A DNA stretch of 64,000 bases, from positions 5,440,001 to 5,504,000 of the forward strand of contig OZ244960.1 of assembly GCA_965222605.1 (NCBI GenBank), in the 5' to 3' direction. Numbering within the stretch: position 1 is the first letter of the stretch; every line of letters starts with the position of its first letter. The stretch comes from Candidatus Latescibacterota bacterium. Lineage in GTDB: Bacteria > Latescibacterota > UBA2968. Made by a program: the position numbers and the translations under genes. Below the pieces are notes generated by a model. It made no database searches. It was not told the origin of the DNA and saw only the letters and a program-made list of their open reading frames with translations. Shown here one piece after another: positions 50,361-60,584 of this stretch.

Positions 50361-51464
50361 CTAAAGCGTCAACACACCGCGATTGATTTTACCGGCCAGC
50401 ATATCGGCATAAACCTCATTGATCTCTTCCAGGGGAGACTGGCGCGAGACCAACTCGTCGAGTTTGAGACGACCGGCTTTGTAGAGTTGAATAATCCTGG
50501 AAAAATCTCGATGATAATTACCGGTGCCGTAAAAACAACCCAGTATCCGAGTTTCCTGATGGTGCATGCGAAAGGTATCGAACGTAACGCGTGCATCGTG
50601 AGGTGCAACGCCTACCAGGGTGAGTGCACCGCCTCGTCGTAGGGAGTAGATGGCTTTTTCTTGAACGCCTGGATTGCCGGTGGCATCCAGGATGTGATCA
50701 AAACCTCTTCCATCGGAAAGGTCGAGCAATGCCTGCTGCACATCCTCTTTCCCATCTAAGGTATGCGTGGCGCCAAACGTGCGAGCGCTTTCGAATTTGT
50801 CGGGCACCGTATCGATTGCCACAATGGTCTCTGCGCCACAAAGAGCAGCGCCTTGCAAGACGTTGAGACCGATCCCACCACATCCAAACACGGCCACCCT
50901 TTCGCCAGGCTTGATCTGGGCTGTGTACATGGCGGCACCCACGCCCGTCATCACGGCACATCCGACCAGCGAAGCAGAGACCATGGAGACATCTGGATCA
51001 AGGTGGACACACGCCTGCTCGGGCACCACAGCATATTCGGCAAAGGTGGAATGGGTAGAAAATTGAGTTAACGCCTCTCCTTTCAGCCGTAGCCGAGTGG
51101 TGCCATCCATCGCGGTGCCTTTTTCAAGACCGGGCCGGTACGTTTCGCACATGTTCGCGAGTTCCCGTTGACAATAAAAGCACGTTCCACAAGCGGGCAT
51201 CCATGACAACATCACATGATCCCCGGGCGAAATTCGGGACACACCCTCACCCAACTCTTCAACCACCCCCGCGCCTTCGTGGCCCAATACGGCGGGTAGG
51301 GATTTGGGGATTTCTCCCATCACCTGATGCCAGTCGCTGTGACAGGCCCCACTGGCGGCAATCCGAACAAGGACTTCTCCTGGCCCCGGGTCTTGTACTT
51401 CAATATCCTCAATAACAAATGGCCCTCCTCGTTGATGAACTACGGCAGCTTTTGCTATCTTCAT
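50361..51464 (-). CDS. Zn-dependent alcohol dehydrogenase
   Basis: CHSD, GHEGAG, C..C..C.......C, GCGGIG. Confidence 0.92.
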   Translation of the reverse strand: MKIAKAAVVHQRGGPFVIEDIEVQDPGPGEVLVRIAASGACHSDWHQVMGEIPKSLPAVLGHEGAGVVEELGEGVSRISPGDHVMLSWMPACGTCFYCQRELANMCETYRPGLEKGTAMDGTTRLRLKGEALTQFSTHSTFAEYAVVPEQACVHLDPDVSMVSASLVGCAVMTGVGAAMYTAQIKPGERVAVFGCGGIGLNVLQGAALCGAETIVAIDTVPDKFESARTFGATHTLDGKEDVQQALLDLSDGRGFDHILDATGNPGVQEKAIYSLRRGGALTLVGVAPHDARVTFDTFRMHHQETRILGCFYGTGNYHRDFSRIIQLYKAGRLKLDELVSRQSPLEEINEVYADMLAGKINRGVLTL

Positions 51465-51565
51465 AATGTATCCCTCACATTTAATTGCTGTCTTCACCGT
51501 CGGCTTCACATCCAGTATATCTGCTCCGAAGATTTGAGAAATACTGGACTCTTTCTCAAATTCGT

Positions 51566-51680
51566 GTCAACTACCCAACGCTGAAGCAGTTGGGCTTGTC
51601 GCTCGTGCATAAATGCACTCGGCAACTTTAGGCTTGTTGACACAAAGCCCTTGCTCGGATATTCCGAGCGGCGTTGCGGT
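51566..51680 (-). ncRNA. Putative TnpB omega-RNA scaffold (5' boundary approximate)
   Basis: Overlaps tnpB 3' end and right end; GTCAAC can pair with terminal GTTGAC; two hairpins. Confidence 0.6.
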
Positions 51681-52719
51681 CAGCATGGTCTTTATGACCA
51701 CACACTTTGCACAGGAAGGATGCCTGGGTATGTCTATTGTCTTTCTCGCAATGTCCACACTCGGCACAAGTTTGGCTGGTGTATTTCGGATCCACAGGTT
51801 CTATGTGGATACCAGCACGCTTTGCCTTGTATTCGACGAATGTGCGGAGCTGGAAGAAAGACCACCCAGACATTTTAGCACGCTGAGGCTTGCGAAACCG
51901 TTTCTGGCTCTTGCGTATGCCTTTCAAGTCTTCAAGGGCAATGGCCTTGCCAGTGTCTTTAGCCTTCTCAACGATACGTTTGGAAATGATATGGTTGGTA
52001 TTTCTACGAAACCTGCTCTCTCTGCCAGAGATAACAGAGAGTTTTCTGCGAACATTCTTGGGTCTCTTGCCTTGCTTGACAAAGGCAGACGCTTTCTGTT
52101 GGAGCGACTTTTTCAGATCGTGCATCTTCTGTCGGACATTTTCAACAGTGTCGCCAGAAAATGTTTCACCATCGTCTGTTACTGCAAGGTTTGTTGTCCC
52201 GAGATCGACGCCAATAAAGTCAGTGGTAGGTATTGGCGTGCCATCAGGAACATCTACAGAGACAAGCAAGAACCACTTGCCGTCTTTGCGGAGCACAAGG
52301 TCTGCCTGTCCTTTGGCATAGCCGAACTGCTCACGCTGATAGTTGCCCATCAACATTGGCACAAACACGCGGCCTTCAAGGGTAAGCAGAGATACCCTGT
52401 CTATGCCCTTAAAGCTATACAGTCGCTGATCGTAGGGCATAGTAGCATGGCGACGGAACGACGGCTGCACCTTTTTGTCCCGCTTGTATGCTTCAACGAC
52501 TTGAGCAATACAGCGAATAGTCATTTGTGCGGACAATCCGAATTGGCTACGCAAGTCCTTGTAGTATAGCTTTTGTAGTGCAAACTTATTCGCCAGCTTG
52601 CGCTCATAAGCCTTCGGAGCAAGCCAATTGGCAGCTTCGTTGAACCGCTCAACAGTAGCTTTTAGCTTCTCGCCTGTATTGGCGTCCGGTAACAGTTGTA
52701 TTTGAAGTGTCAGTTTCAT
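51628..52719 (-). CDS. tnpB: RNA-guided endonuclease TnpB
   Basis: RuvC GVDLG, ALEDL, HADRNAARNI; TSQTCAECG..CKVCG zinc finger. Confidence 0.95.
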   Translation of the reverse strand: MKLTLQIQLLPDANTGEKLKATVERFNEAANWLAPKAYERKLANKFALQKLYYKDLRSQFGLSAQMTIRCIAQVVEAYKRDKKVQPSFRRHATMPYDQRLYSFKGIDRVSLLTLEGRVFVPMLMGNYQREQFGYAKGQADLVLRKDGKWFLLVSVDVPDGTPIPTTDFIGVDLGTTNLAVTDDGETFSGDTVENVRQKMHDLKKSLQQKASAFVKQGKRPKNVRRKLSVISGRESRFRRNTNHIISKRIVEKAKDTGKAIALEDLKGIRKSQKRFRKPQRAKMSGWSFFQLRTFVEYKAKRAGIHIEPVDPKYTSQTCAECGHCEKDNRHTQASFLCKVCGHKDHADRNAARNIRARALCQQA

Positions 52720-52844
52720 ATTGAGAAATATACTCAGTATATTTTCGGTCATCAAGGTGGTTTTCCAGCCTTGTTATACGCTAAAGCTATAACGGGAGAG
52801 CCACTTACACTCCCACAGCTAAAGGCTGTAGGCTTCACGGGCTG

Positions 52845-53684
52845 TTAGGTGAATTTTTGCAGTCGGTTGGGTTGGTAGGGCACTTCGGTGACGTAAATAT
52901 CACCGCGACTATCAACACAGATGCCGTGCGCAGGATCGATAAACTGCCCGGGATCTGAGCCTTCCTCACCCCATCGTGCCAGCAGAGCACCTTCCAGGTC
53001 AAAAATGCTGACGCGATGGGGCGCTTCGGCAATATAGACAATATGATCTGCATCGATGTGAATATTATTCGGAGATTGGACATCGGTCCACTCCTCCAGA
53101 AAGTTCCCATCAAAATCGAAAAGCTGAATGCGGTGGTTTGTCCGGTCGCTTACAAGCACACGGTCGCGTGGGTCAATGCATAAATCGTGTGGCAGGGCAA
53201 ACTGGCCGGGTCCTGTGCCTTCCTCGCCCCAGGAAAGAATCCGTTCGCCTTTCGCTGAAAAACGATGCACCCGGTGCTGGCCGTATCCGTCCGAAACAAA
53301 AATCTCACCTGAGGGAGCGGCCATTGCCTTGGTTGGCCTGTTGAACGGCTCGCCCGGTGAACCTGTCTGGCCTGGCATACCCAGGGTCTGAAGCACTTCT
53401 CCATCTGTGCTGAAGATACGCACAGTATGATCGTCAACATCCGCACAATAAATCCGATCCGCCGGGTCGATCCAGATATTATGCGGATTTAAGAGCACAT
53501 CATCACCCCATGCACCGAGAAAGCGACCTTCCGAATCGTAAACCAGAATACCCGCAGGCTCTCGCCGGGTGACATAAACGCGATCCTGCGAGTCAACTGC
53601 CACATCGGGCACGACTCCCCCCATCTCTTTCCCTTCAGGACCTCGCCCCCACCCTTCAACAACGCGGTATTGATAAGTTGCCAT
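52845..53684 (-). CDS. NHL-repeat protein (peptidyl-alpha-hydroxyglycine lyase-like)
   Basis: Repeated GPGQF..PH.I.VD..D.VYV.D..NHRIQ; IFVSDGYG. Confidence 0.88.
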   Translation of the reverse strand: MATYQYRVVEGWGRGPEGKEMGGVVPDVAVDSQDRVYVTRREPAGILVYDSEGRFLGAWGDDVLLNPHNIWIDPADRIYCADVDDHTVRIFSTDGEVLQTLGMPGQTGSPGEPFNRPTKAMAAPSGEIFVSDGYGQHRVHRFSAKGERILSWGEEGTGPGQFALPHDLCIDPRDRVLVSDRTNHRIQLFDFDGNFLEEWTDVQSPNNIHIDADHIVYIAEAPHRVSIFDLEGALLARWGEEGSDPGQFIDPAHGICVDSRGDIYVTEVPYQPNRLQKFT

Positions 53685-53710
53685 CGTGCACTCCTTTCAG
53701 ATATGCCTGA

Positions 53711-54538
53711 CTACCTGTCCAGTCTAACCCAATCGGGCCAAACTCTGGCAAAAAATGCTCGCTGGATGCCTCGTACGCTCTCCCCGCCGTCAACAACAAG
53801 ATTGGAGCCTACACTGAAGTTGCCTGCTTGCGAAGCGAGAAAGATGGCCATGCCTGCGATGTTTTCCTTCTCCCCAACCCGCTTGCCCGGAATGTTTTTC
53901 TTCATCTCGTCTGTGTGATCCCGAGCCACCTTATTCAAATCGCTGGGAAAATCACCAGGGGAGATGGTATTGACTTGAATCCCTTCCCAGGCCAAACTAT
54001 CACCTAAGTGTCGGCCTAAATGGATCACACCTGCTTTGCTGGCTCCGTAGGCATAATTGTAAGCTGTGTTGAGTTTACCACAGCCGTCGATAGACGCGAT
54101 ATTGATCACATTGCCTGGTGTTTCTGGAGAAGCCCCCACGCGCAGGAATGGCAGAAACGCCTGGGTCATAAAAAAGATGCTTTTGAGATTGAGATCCATC
54201 ACCGCGTCCCATGTTTCCTCCGTCACATCCTCGATCTCCCTGCGACCATCACTGATTCCGGCGTTGTTGATCAAAATATCGAGCGACTTTTCTCGTTCAC
54301 CGTAGGCCTTTGCCAGCGCCTTGATTCCCGAGACTGAACTTACATCGGCTGCGATATACTCGCAGGAGCCGATTTGTGCCAGCTCCTCCTGTTTCTTTTT
54401 CAAGACCTCTTCTCTGCGCGCGACAATGTAAACCTTCGCCCCAAAATTGACAAAGCCTTCGGCTATCATCGCCCCGATGCCAGTCGAACCACCAGTCACC
54501 AGTGCGGTTTTTCCCTCCAGTGAAAATAGATCTCTCAT
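53711..54538 (-). CDS. Short-chain dehydrogenase/reductase
   Basis: TGGSTGIG, NNAG, YGASK. Confidence 0.92.
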   Translation of the reverse strand: MRDLFSLEGKTALVTGGSTGIGAMIAEGFVNFGAKVYIVARREEVLKKKQEELAQIGSCEYIAADVSSVSGIKALAKAYGEREKSLDILINNAGISDGRREIEDVTEETWDAVMDLNLKSIFFMTQAFLPFLRVGASPETPGNVINIASIDGCGKLNTAYNYAYGASKAGVIHLGRHLGDSLAWEGIQVNTISPGDFPSDLNKVARDHTDEMKKNIPGKRVGEKENIAGMAIFLASQAGNFSVGSNLVVDGGESVRGIQRAFFARVWPDWVRLDR

Positions 54539-54595
54539 TTTCGATTCTCCGTGAGGATAATGATTATGTTGGGTCTTTTCATTCTTAATTTGCTC

Positions 54596-55942
54596 CTAAT
54601 TCTGTTGCGCAGGTCTGTTTCTATTTCTCCGAGGTCTTCTAATCCTTGGCGCCATCTGGCTTCTCCAGGCCTTGAATTTTTTTTCTAACCGCTGAACAAT
54701 TTCCGGTTGTTGGTTTGCCAGATCATTTTTTTCACCTATATCTGCATCCAGATCGTACAATTCCAGCTTCTTAGACCTGCTAAATGTAAGCTTCCATTTC
54801 CCTTCTCGAATCGCCCAGGTTCCTGAATCGCCATCCCAATACAACGCATCGTGCAATGCCCCTTCTGTTTTACCTTGCAAGACTGGCAACATATTTTTGC
54901 CATCGTAGATACGGTCTTCGGGCAATGGAATGCCAACAGCTGCACAGACAGTCGGCAAAACATCCATACAAATAACCGGTTCATCACACACACTACCTGC
55001 TTCCAAATGCCCTGGCCAGGATACAAGAAACGGCACACGTAGCCCCCCCTCATAGACACTCTGCTTGTAATCGCGCAGGGGCATATTGTTTGCATTTGTG
55101 GCCCTTGCACCACCATTATCTGAAAAATAAAAGATGAGTGTATTTTCCCACACGCCATTGGTCTTGAGCGCTGCCACCACATCGCCAACAGCGATATCCA
55201 TTCTTTTGAGCATGCCCATCAAAATATCGCGTTTGGAATCTCCTGTATTAAATTGTTTGATATCCTCTTCGGGAGCTTGCAACGGCGCATGCACAGCATT
55301 AAAAGGAAGATAAAGAAAGAATGGGTCGTTTTTGTTTCGTTCAATGAAGCCAACAGCCTCTCGAGCCAGATTATCGGTCAAGTACCCGGTATCATTGATA
55401 ATCTCTTTATTTCGATATATCGCATTATGGGCGTTGTCCTCTTTATAATTCAAATCAAAATAGTCGTGCCCCCCATGCCCTAAAAATCCGTAAAATTCAT
55501 CAAATCCACGGTTGTTCGGATGATATTCAGGCTTCAAACCCAAATGCCATTTTCCAAATATACCCGTCCTGTACCCCGCTTTTTTGAGTAGATCTGCAAG
55601 TGTAATTTCATCAACCGGCATACCGGCGCGTGAGTCACTGGCCGTATAAAAACCAAAGCGCTGTTGGTATCGACCGGTCATCAAACCTGCCCTGGTGGGC
55701 GCACATACAAAGGCACTGGCATATCCATTTGTCATTCGAATGCCCGCGTTGGCCAGTGCGTCGATATGTGGTGTATAGACTTCTGCGGGATGTTCCTGGT
55801 AACTCACATCTCCAAAGCCCTGGTCATCTGACAAAATCACCACAATGTTTGGACGTTTGGCATCTTCGGCCCATACAAATGGGTTTGCTATCATTCCAGA
55901 TACTCCTATTCCCAACGCTTTTAAAGCTGCGCGTCGATCCAT
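54596..55942 (-). CDS. Tat-exported sulfatase
   Basis: MDRRAALK twin-arginine leader; CAPTRAGLMTGRY, GKWHLG, SDNGG. Confidence 0.92.
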   Translation of the reverse strand: MDRRAALKALGIGVSGMIANPFVWAEDAKRPNIVVILSDDQGFGDVSYQEHPAEVYTPHIDALANAGIRMTNGYASAFVCAPTRAGLMTGRYQQRFGFYTASDSRAGMPVDEITLADLLKKAGYRTGIFGKWHLGLKPEYHPNNRGFDEFYGFLGHGGHDYFDLNYKEDNAHNAIYRNKEIINDTGYLTDNLAREAVGFIERNKNDPFFLYLPFNAVHAPLQAPEEDIKQFNTGDSKRDILMGMLKRMDIAVGDVVAALKTNGVWENTLIFYFSDNGGARATNANNMPLRDYKQSVYEGGLRVPFLVSWPGHLEAGSVCDEPVICMDVLPTVCAAVGIPLPEDRIYDGKNMLPVLQGKTEGALHDALYWDGDSGTWAIREGKWKLTFSRSKKLELYDLDADIGEKNDLANQQPEIVQRLEKKFKAWRSQMAPRIRRPRRNRNRPAQQN

Positions 55943-55958
55943 ATAGCTTATCCTTTGA

Positions 55959-56678
55959 TTACGCATCCCACCGCCACGTATTGCGACAGGCAAGCCGTGG
56001 ATAATCATTCATATTCTTGCTTCCCGCGTGTACAAAAAAGTTTTGGTAAAACAGAATGTCTCCACGCTTCGCCACCAATTCCACACCTTCGCCAATAACC
56101 ACCGTATGCATATCCGAATTCACATCCCACAGATAGGGATACTTCTCTGGATTGCTCTCTGCAATACCCCGCATCTTTTTATGTGAATCCGGCCATCCAA
56201 ACGTGCAACCCCCATGCGATTCTGTATCACTCAAATACAAAATTGAATGCACACTGATTGGAATCGGAAACGTCACATTAAACTTCTCCCGGTTGGTTCC
56301 GCCATCGAAGTGAGGTCTCTGGTGGCTCCATTCACCTTCCGTCGGAAACGTGTTCTGCGTCAGAATTTCCTTTGGCGCGTAGATCTCCTCGCGACCCACA
56401 CCCGTCAATTCAGAAAGTGCGGTCAAAATATCATCCGTATAACACACTAAGATATCCGGCGAGCCCATTCTTCGATTTTCCGGCAATGCGCGATGCCGTT
56501 GATTAATCGCATGCGCTGACACACGGTCCCAGGTTTCAGGATCGTCACGGTCCATTTCTAAAGCCGCCCACATCGCGTCTTCACCCTTGCGAGCTACATC
56601 CTCAGGAATCAAACCCGACGCCAGCAAATACCCTTCTTCGCGAAACTGCTTCTTCTGCTCATCTGTGATTAAGCCCAT
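55959..56678 (-). CDS. PhyH dioxygenase
   Basis: FREEGYL, PHFDG, WPDSH, FVHAGSKN..PR. Confidence 0.85.
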   Translation of the reverse strand: MGLITDEQKKQFREEGYLLASGLIPEDVARKGEDAMWAALEMDRDDPETWDRVSAHAINQRHRALPENRRMGSPDILVCYTDDILTALSELTGVGREEIYAPKEILTQNTFPTEGEWSHQRPHFDGGTNREKFNVTFPIPISVHSILYLSDTESHGGCTFGWPDSHKKMRGIAESNPEKYPYLWDVNSDMHTVVIGEGVELVAKRGDILFYQNFFVHAGSKNMNDYPRLACRNTWRWDA

Positions 56679-56770
56679 AGATCACTCCCAGGAATTAAGA
56701 CCAACCAATTTTCTGCCCACTTCATCGCCTGGTGCTCTGAGGCCGGAACGGGAACCGCATAACTAAAGCC

Positions 56771-57931
56771 CTACTCATAGACCATCTCCCCGGTCTTGTG
56801 GCCCTCGATCCAGTCCTGGTCGAACTCCACCCCCAGCCCCGGCCCCTCCGGCACTTCGACGCAGCCGTTCTCATCCACTGAATCCAACTCGTCGAGCCAG
56901 CGTCTTTCTGCGTAGACCGCCGGCTTGGTATCGCTGACCAGAGGATGCACCAAACCCAATTCGTAGTAATTGGCATTGCGCAAGGTCGCCATGATGTGGC
57001 GGTGCACCAGACTGCCGCCGTGCAACTCCACGTCCAGCCCGTGTGCCTCGGCCATAGCAGCGATCTTCATTACCCCGGTGATGCCGCCGTCGGTCTGGGC
57101 GTTGGCGCGCACGAAGTCGGTGGCACCGGCGGTAATCGTATCGGCCTTGGCCTCCAGCCCGCGCACGTGTTCGCCCATCAGCATCGGCGTATTGATCAAC
57201 TCGCGCAACTTGGCGTGGGCAAAGCGCGAAAACCCGCCGCCCCTGAACGGATCTTCATACCACATATAGCGCGCCTCGTCACAGGCGCGACCCACCTTGA
57301 GCACATCCTCGAATGTGGGAAAACACCCGGCCGGATCGAGCAACAGATCCATATCGTCGCCCACCGCTTCGCGGATGGCTAATACCGCCGCTACCTCGCG
57401 GTCGATCGGCCCGTTGATCCAACCGTGGATCTTAAAGGCCGGATAGCCGTATTGCTCCTTGCAGCGCAGCGCGAATTGCGCAAAGTCGTCCGGCGTCGTC
57501 AAACCGCCGTTTTCGTCGCCGTGGTAGGTCGAAGCGTAGGCCGGCAACTTCTTGCGCCAACCCCCGCCCAAAAGTTCATAGATCGGCGCGTCGTAGAGTT
57601 TGCCGGCGAAATCCCACAGCGCGATGTCCACCGCGCCCGGCGGCGTGCCGTCCTGCCCGCGGCGCGAGCGTTTGAGGTCGTGCCAGATGATCTCGCGGTC
57701 CAGTGGGTTGCGGCCGAGCAAGTACTGCGCCGGGCGGGAATCGATGCCACCGGACGCAATGCCGCTGATGCCGACGCTGGTCTCGATGGTCAGCAAGCCG
57801 CCGCCCAGAGTCAGGCGGCCGCCCTTGCGGAAGACCGTGTCGAAGCCCAATTGTTCCTCCAACTCCATATCGGCGATCTCATAGGCGAAACTCGTCGAGG
57901 TAATGCGGGTGATCTTGATATCTCGCGCCAT
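56771..57931 (-). CDS. Mandelate racemase/muconate lactonizing enzyme family
   Basis: VDIALWD..GK, FKIH, LLD, WYEDP, GE, GPGLG. Confidence 0.9.
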   Translation of the reverse strand: MARDIKITRITSTSFAYEIADMELEEQLGFDTVFRKGGRLTLGGGLLTIETSVGISGIASGGIDSRPAQYLLGRNPLDREIIWHDLKRSRRGQDGTPPGAVDIALWDFAGKLYDAPIYELLGGGWRKKLPAYASTYHGDENGGLTTPDDFAQFALRCKEQYGYPAFKIHGWINGPIDREVAAVLAIREAVGDDMDLLLDPAGCFPTFEDVLKVGRACDEARYMWYEDPFRGGGFSRFAHAKLRELINTPMLMGEHVRGLEAKADTITAGATDFVRANAQTDGGITGVMKIAAMAEAHGLDVELHGGSLVHRHIMATLRNANYYELGLVHPLVSDTKPAVYAERRWLDELDSVDENGCVEVPEGPGLGVEFDQDWIEGHKTGEMVYE

Positions 57932-57960
57932 GGTGCTCTCTCCTTCGCTGTGTGTTCGGC

Positions 57961-58191
57961 TTAAACTTCCGCAATTGCGTGATTATTCATGTGTACCTCA
58001 TACGGCCGAACGGACCGAATAAACCGCCTCGAGCGAACCGACGTTCGGGCGGCGGTTCTCATCGCTTTGCCGGATGAATTGAGGTCGTTTCGGGTCATGC
58101 ACAGTACTTTTTCTATGCTCTCGGGTTCACCCCACTGCAAATCGGCAAATGCACTGAACTGAATCGACCCAACTCTTACGAATCGTGCCAT
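57961..58191 (-). pseudogene. Probable carbon-nitrogen hydrolase 5' relic
   Basis: GGAGAG RBS + MARFVRVGSIQF..EKVLCMTRNDLNS, then unrelated sequence. Confidence 0.45.
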
Positions 58192-58237
58192 GCCTCTCTC
58201 CTTTTCAATCACAATGCTAATCGTGCCGGACAGTCCA

Positions 58238-59527
58238 TTAGAGCGCGGCGTTGCCCACCTCCGTCCGCAAGCTGTGCCGGCCCTCCATATGCGCGTGCCA
58301 GTCCATGCCGATCTCCGGTCGCGGCCGGGTCGGTCCGGGTAGCGCATTCGCCTGCTTCGCCACGATCGCCGGCACGCCCACGTCGCTCAGCAACTGCGCC
58401 AGATACTCCATCCGCACCAGCGTCTCGCTCTGATACAGGCTCATGCCGTCGACCCCCGCCGCGTACTGCCGCGCCGCCAGCGCATAGGCCGGTTGCGGCG
58501 CGTAAAAACCCGTATTCTTCTCTACCCGGCTCTCGATCAGCCCCTTGGATCCCACACCGCCAATGCACAGTTTGCCGTGTCGGTGCGCCACCGCTGCGTG
58601 ATAGCCGACGTGCAGGTCCAGATCCTCGCGGGTCAGAGGAAAGGGACTCAACATCAATCCGTCGACCAGGTCCTCCTTGCACCAGCGCTCGCTGTCCAGC
58701 CCATAGGCCAGCATCAGCCAGCGCGCGTTGTCGGGCACCCGGGCGATGATCGGGCAGCGCCGACCCAATTTGCCCTCCTGGACGCGCACCGCCCGCCGCA
58801 GTTCGGTCATAAATCCGGTCAGCACGTCGGCCCGGTACTGGAACCACGTCCGGTACTGCTCGAAGTCGTCCGAGTCGATTTCGCGCGGATCCATCCCCGT
58901 CTCCGCCATAAACGGCTCGACCAGCGTCGGATGGTATAGCAGCATCGGCATCTGCCGGCAGAAGTCGAGCACCAGCCCGTCGACGCCGATCCTCTGGCAC
59001 TCGAGCAAAATCTCGATCCGCTCGCGCCGCACTTCCGCCAGCGCGTAGCACAGCCGGCTGGCGTCCTCGTTGCCCGGCTTGGTCACCTCCCTGAGCGCTG
59101 GATTGTCCAGTGCGAACCTGGACGTGACCCCTATCCAGTCCATCTGGCCGTAGTGGCGATTCATCCCCAGGCGGCCCCATAGTCGCGTCCCACGATCGCG
59201 GCACAGCGCCAGCGCGTGCCGCAGCGGACACACCTCGTCCATCACTTTGCGAACGAAGCTCCAGGAGATGCCTCCAACCTGGTCGCCATTTTCGCACATC
59301 CACGTGATATGAGGCAACTCGGACCAGTAGTCCACCACCGAACGCCCCAGGTTCCAAACCAGATGGTCGCAGCCCGCTTGCAGGTGCAGGTCGACGCACT
59401 CGTCCAGTGCTTTAGGTCCCGGGCACGGCTTGTCGTAGTTGGCGTAGTAGCACATCCACTCCGAGATGCCGAACACCGGTTTTTCGTTGCCGCTTGCCTC
59501 GCGCAATTCGAGTTGCTCTTGCGCCAT
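58238..59527 (-). CDS. Glycoside hydrolase-like TIM barrel (GHL10/DUF187-like)
   Basis: LGMNRHY, LCYALAEVR..GVDGLVLDFCR, LDSERWCKEDLVD, GVDGMSLY. Confidence 0.65.
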   Translation of the reverse strand: MAQEQLELREASGNEKPVFGISEWMCYYANYDKPCPGPKALDECVDLHLQAGCDHLVWNLGRSVVDYWSELPHITWMCENGDQVGGISWSFVRKVMDEVCPLRHALALCRDRGTRLWGRLGMNRHYGQMDWIGVTSRFALDNPALREVTKPGNEDASRLCYALAEVRRERIEILLECQRIGVDGLVLDFCRQMPMLLYHPTLVEPFMAETGMDPREIDSDDFEQYRTWFQYRADVLTGFMTELRRAVRVQEGKLGRRCPIIARVPDNARWLMLAYGLDSERWCKEDLVDGLMLSPFPLTREDLDLHVGYHAAVAHRHGKLCIGGVGSKGLIESRVEKNTGFYAPQPAYALAARQYAAGVDGMSLYQSETLVRMEYLAQLLSDVGVPAIVAKQANALPGPTRPRPEIGMDWHAHMEGRHSLRTEVGNAAL

Positions 59528-59592
59528 CTAAGGTGACCTCCTGATCGGGTGTATTTATTGAAAGCCGCATGGGCCCATAAATCCAAGCGACC

Positions 59593-59621
59593 TGTACGCC
59601 GAGCCTTTGGGTCGGCGTACA
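59593..59621. terminator. Stem-loop just after the stop of 59622..60557
   Basis: TGTACGCCGA-N9-TCGGCGTACA; no clear U-tract. Confidence 0.4.
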
Positions 59622-60557
59622 TTAAGCGGGCCATCGCGCGGTGCCGATAGCGTAATACTTGTGTACGAAAGGTGGTTTGGTGCGCGAAGCGTACCACAGG
59701 CGCAGGGAGCCGTCGGCCAGGCGCAAGAGCGAATGGCTGGTGGTAAAGTGCGATTCCCAGGGCCGCGAAGGGGCGGGGCCGAAGATCGGATTGTGAGGGC
59801 TTTTAGTCCAGTTGAGGCCGTCTTCGCTGACGGCAAATCCGATGGAGGTTTTCATGACCTCGGGCGGATAGCTGCTATAGCTGCCGTACCACATCAGATA
59901 ATAACCGTCCTCTTTGAGAACGGTAGGATAGACCAGGCGCTGGAACTCCCATTCCTGGTCCAATTCCAACACAGGCTGGGGATGGATTTGCCACCCAAAG
60001 CCATCGTCGCTGTGGGCGGCGCGTATGGTCCAGGGATCGGCGCTCACATCGGTGTACCACAGGTGGTAGCGGTCGTCTTCCCAAAACAGGGTGGGGGCGT
60101 AGGCATTTTCTAATAGGGGCTGGGAGGGCGCCTCCCAGCGAAGGCCGTCGTCGCTGGTCATGGCGTGCAGGGTGTGGCGTGTGTCGCCAGAGGGAAAATC
60201 GGTCGAGGAAAAAAACATACGCAGCTTGCCCGCCTCGCGCCGCAGGGAGCCGTCTGGGTGGCGTACCAGGGTGGGGGTGAGGATGGAGTGGTCGGCCACC
60301 AGGGTGCAAACCGGGGAGGCGGGGTGTCGCGTAAAATGCAGGCCGTCGTCGCTGATGGCCAGCCCCAGAGCAAAAACCCGCAGATCCACTTCGCCTCGCG
60401 AGCCGCTGTACCACATGTAATAGCGCTCGTTTTCCAAAGCGACACAGGGAGCAAAAAGGTGGGTGTCGTCAAATTGACCGGCAGCGCCCAGAGACAGACA
60501 GGGTGCATCGACGTCTCGTTCCCAGGGTTGTGGATCCAGCCATTGGTTTTTGTCCAT
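59622..60557 (-). CDS. Five-bladed beta-propeller glycosidase-like protein
   Basis: Repeated P.V....Y.MWY.G..A.S.DG..W..P blades. Confidence 0.75.
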   Translation of the reverse strand: MDKNQWLDPQPWERDVDAPCLSLGAAGQFDDTHLFAPCVALENERYYMWYSGSRGEVDLRVFALGLAISDDGLHFTRHPASPVCTLVADHSILTPTLVRHPDGSLRREAGKLRMFFSSTDFPSGDTRHTLHAMTSDDGLRWEAPSQPLLENAYAPTLFWEDDRYHLWYTDVSADPWTIRAAHSDDGFGWQIHPQPVLELDQEWEFQRLVYPTVLKEDGYYLMWYGSYSSYPPEVMKTSIGFAVSEDGLNWTKSPHNPIFGPAPSRPWESHFTTSHSLLRLADGSLRLWYASRTKPPFVHKYYAIGTARWPA

Positions 60558-60584
60558 GATCTATTTTCTCCATATATGAACCAT

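Larger units (their letters stand above)
51566..52848 (-). mobile_element. IS200/IS605 (IS1341-type, TnpB-only) element
   Basis: Left end TCAC|CTAACAGCCCGT-GAAG-hairpin; right end CAAG-hairpin-TAGTTGAC; removal restores the flanking gene end. Confidence 0.88.

Noticed and set aside
51613-52569. 318-aa plus-strand ORF
   Set aside because: Antisense shadow of tnpB.
51534-52730. TTGAGAAATA shared by the TnpB flank and the tnpB 5' region as self-targeting
   Set aside because: Short AT-rich match outside the guide seed with no adjacent TAM.
58209-59399. 396-aa alternative-frame ORF
   Set aside because: Arg/Gly/Ala-rich shadow of the GC-rich gene 58238..59527.
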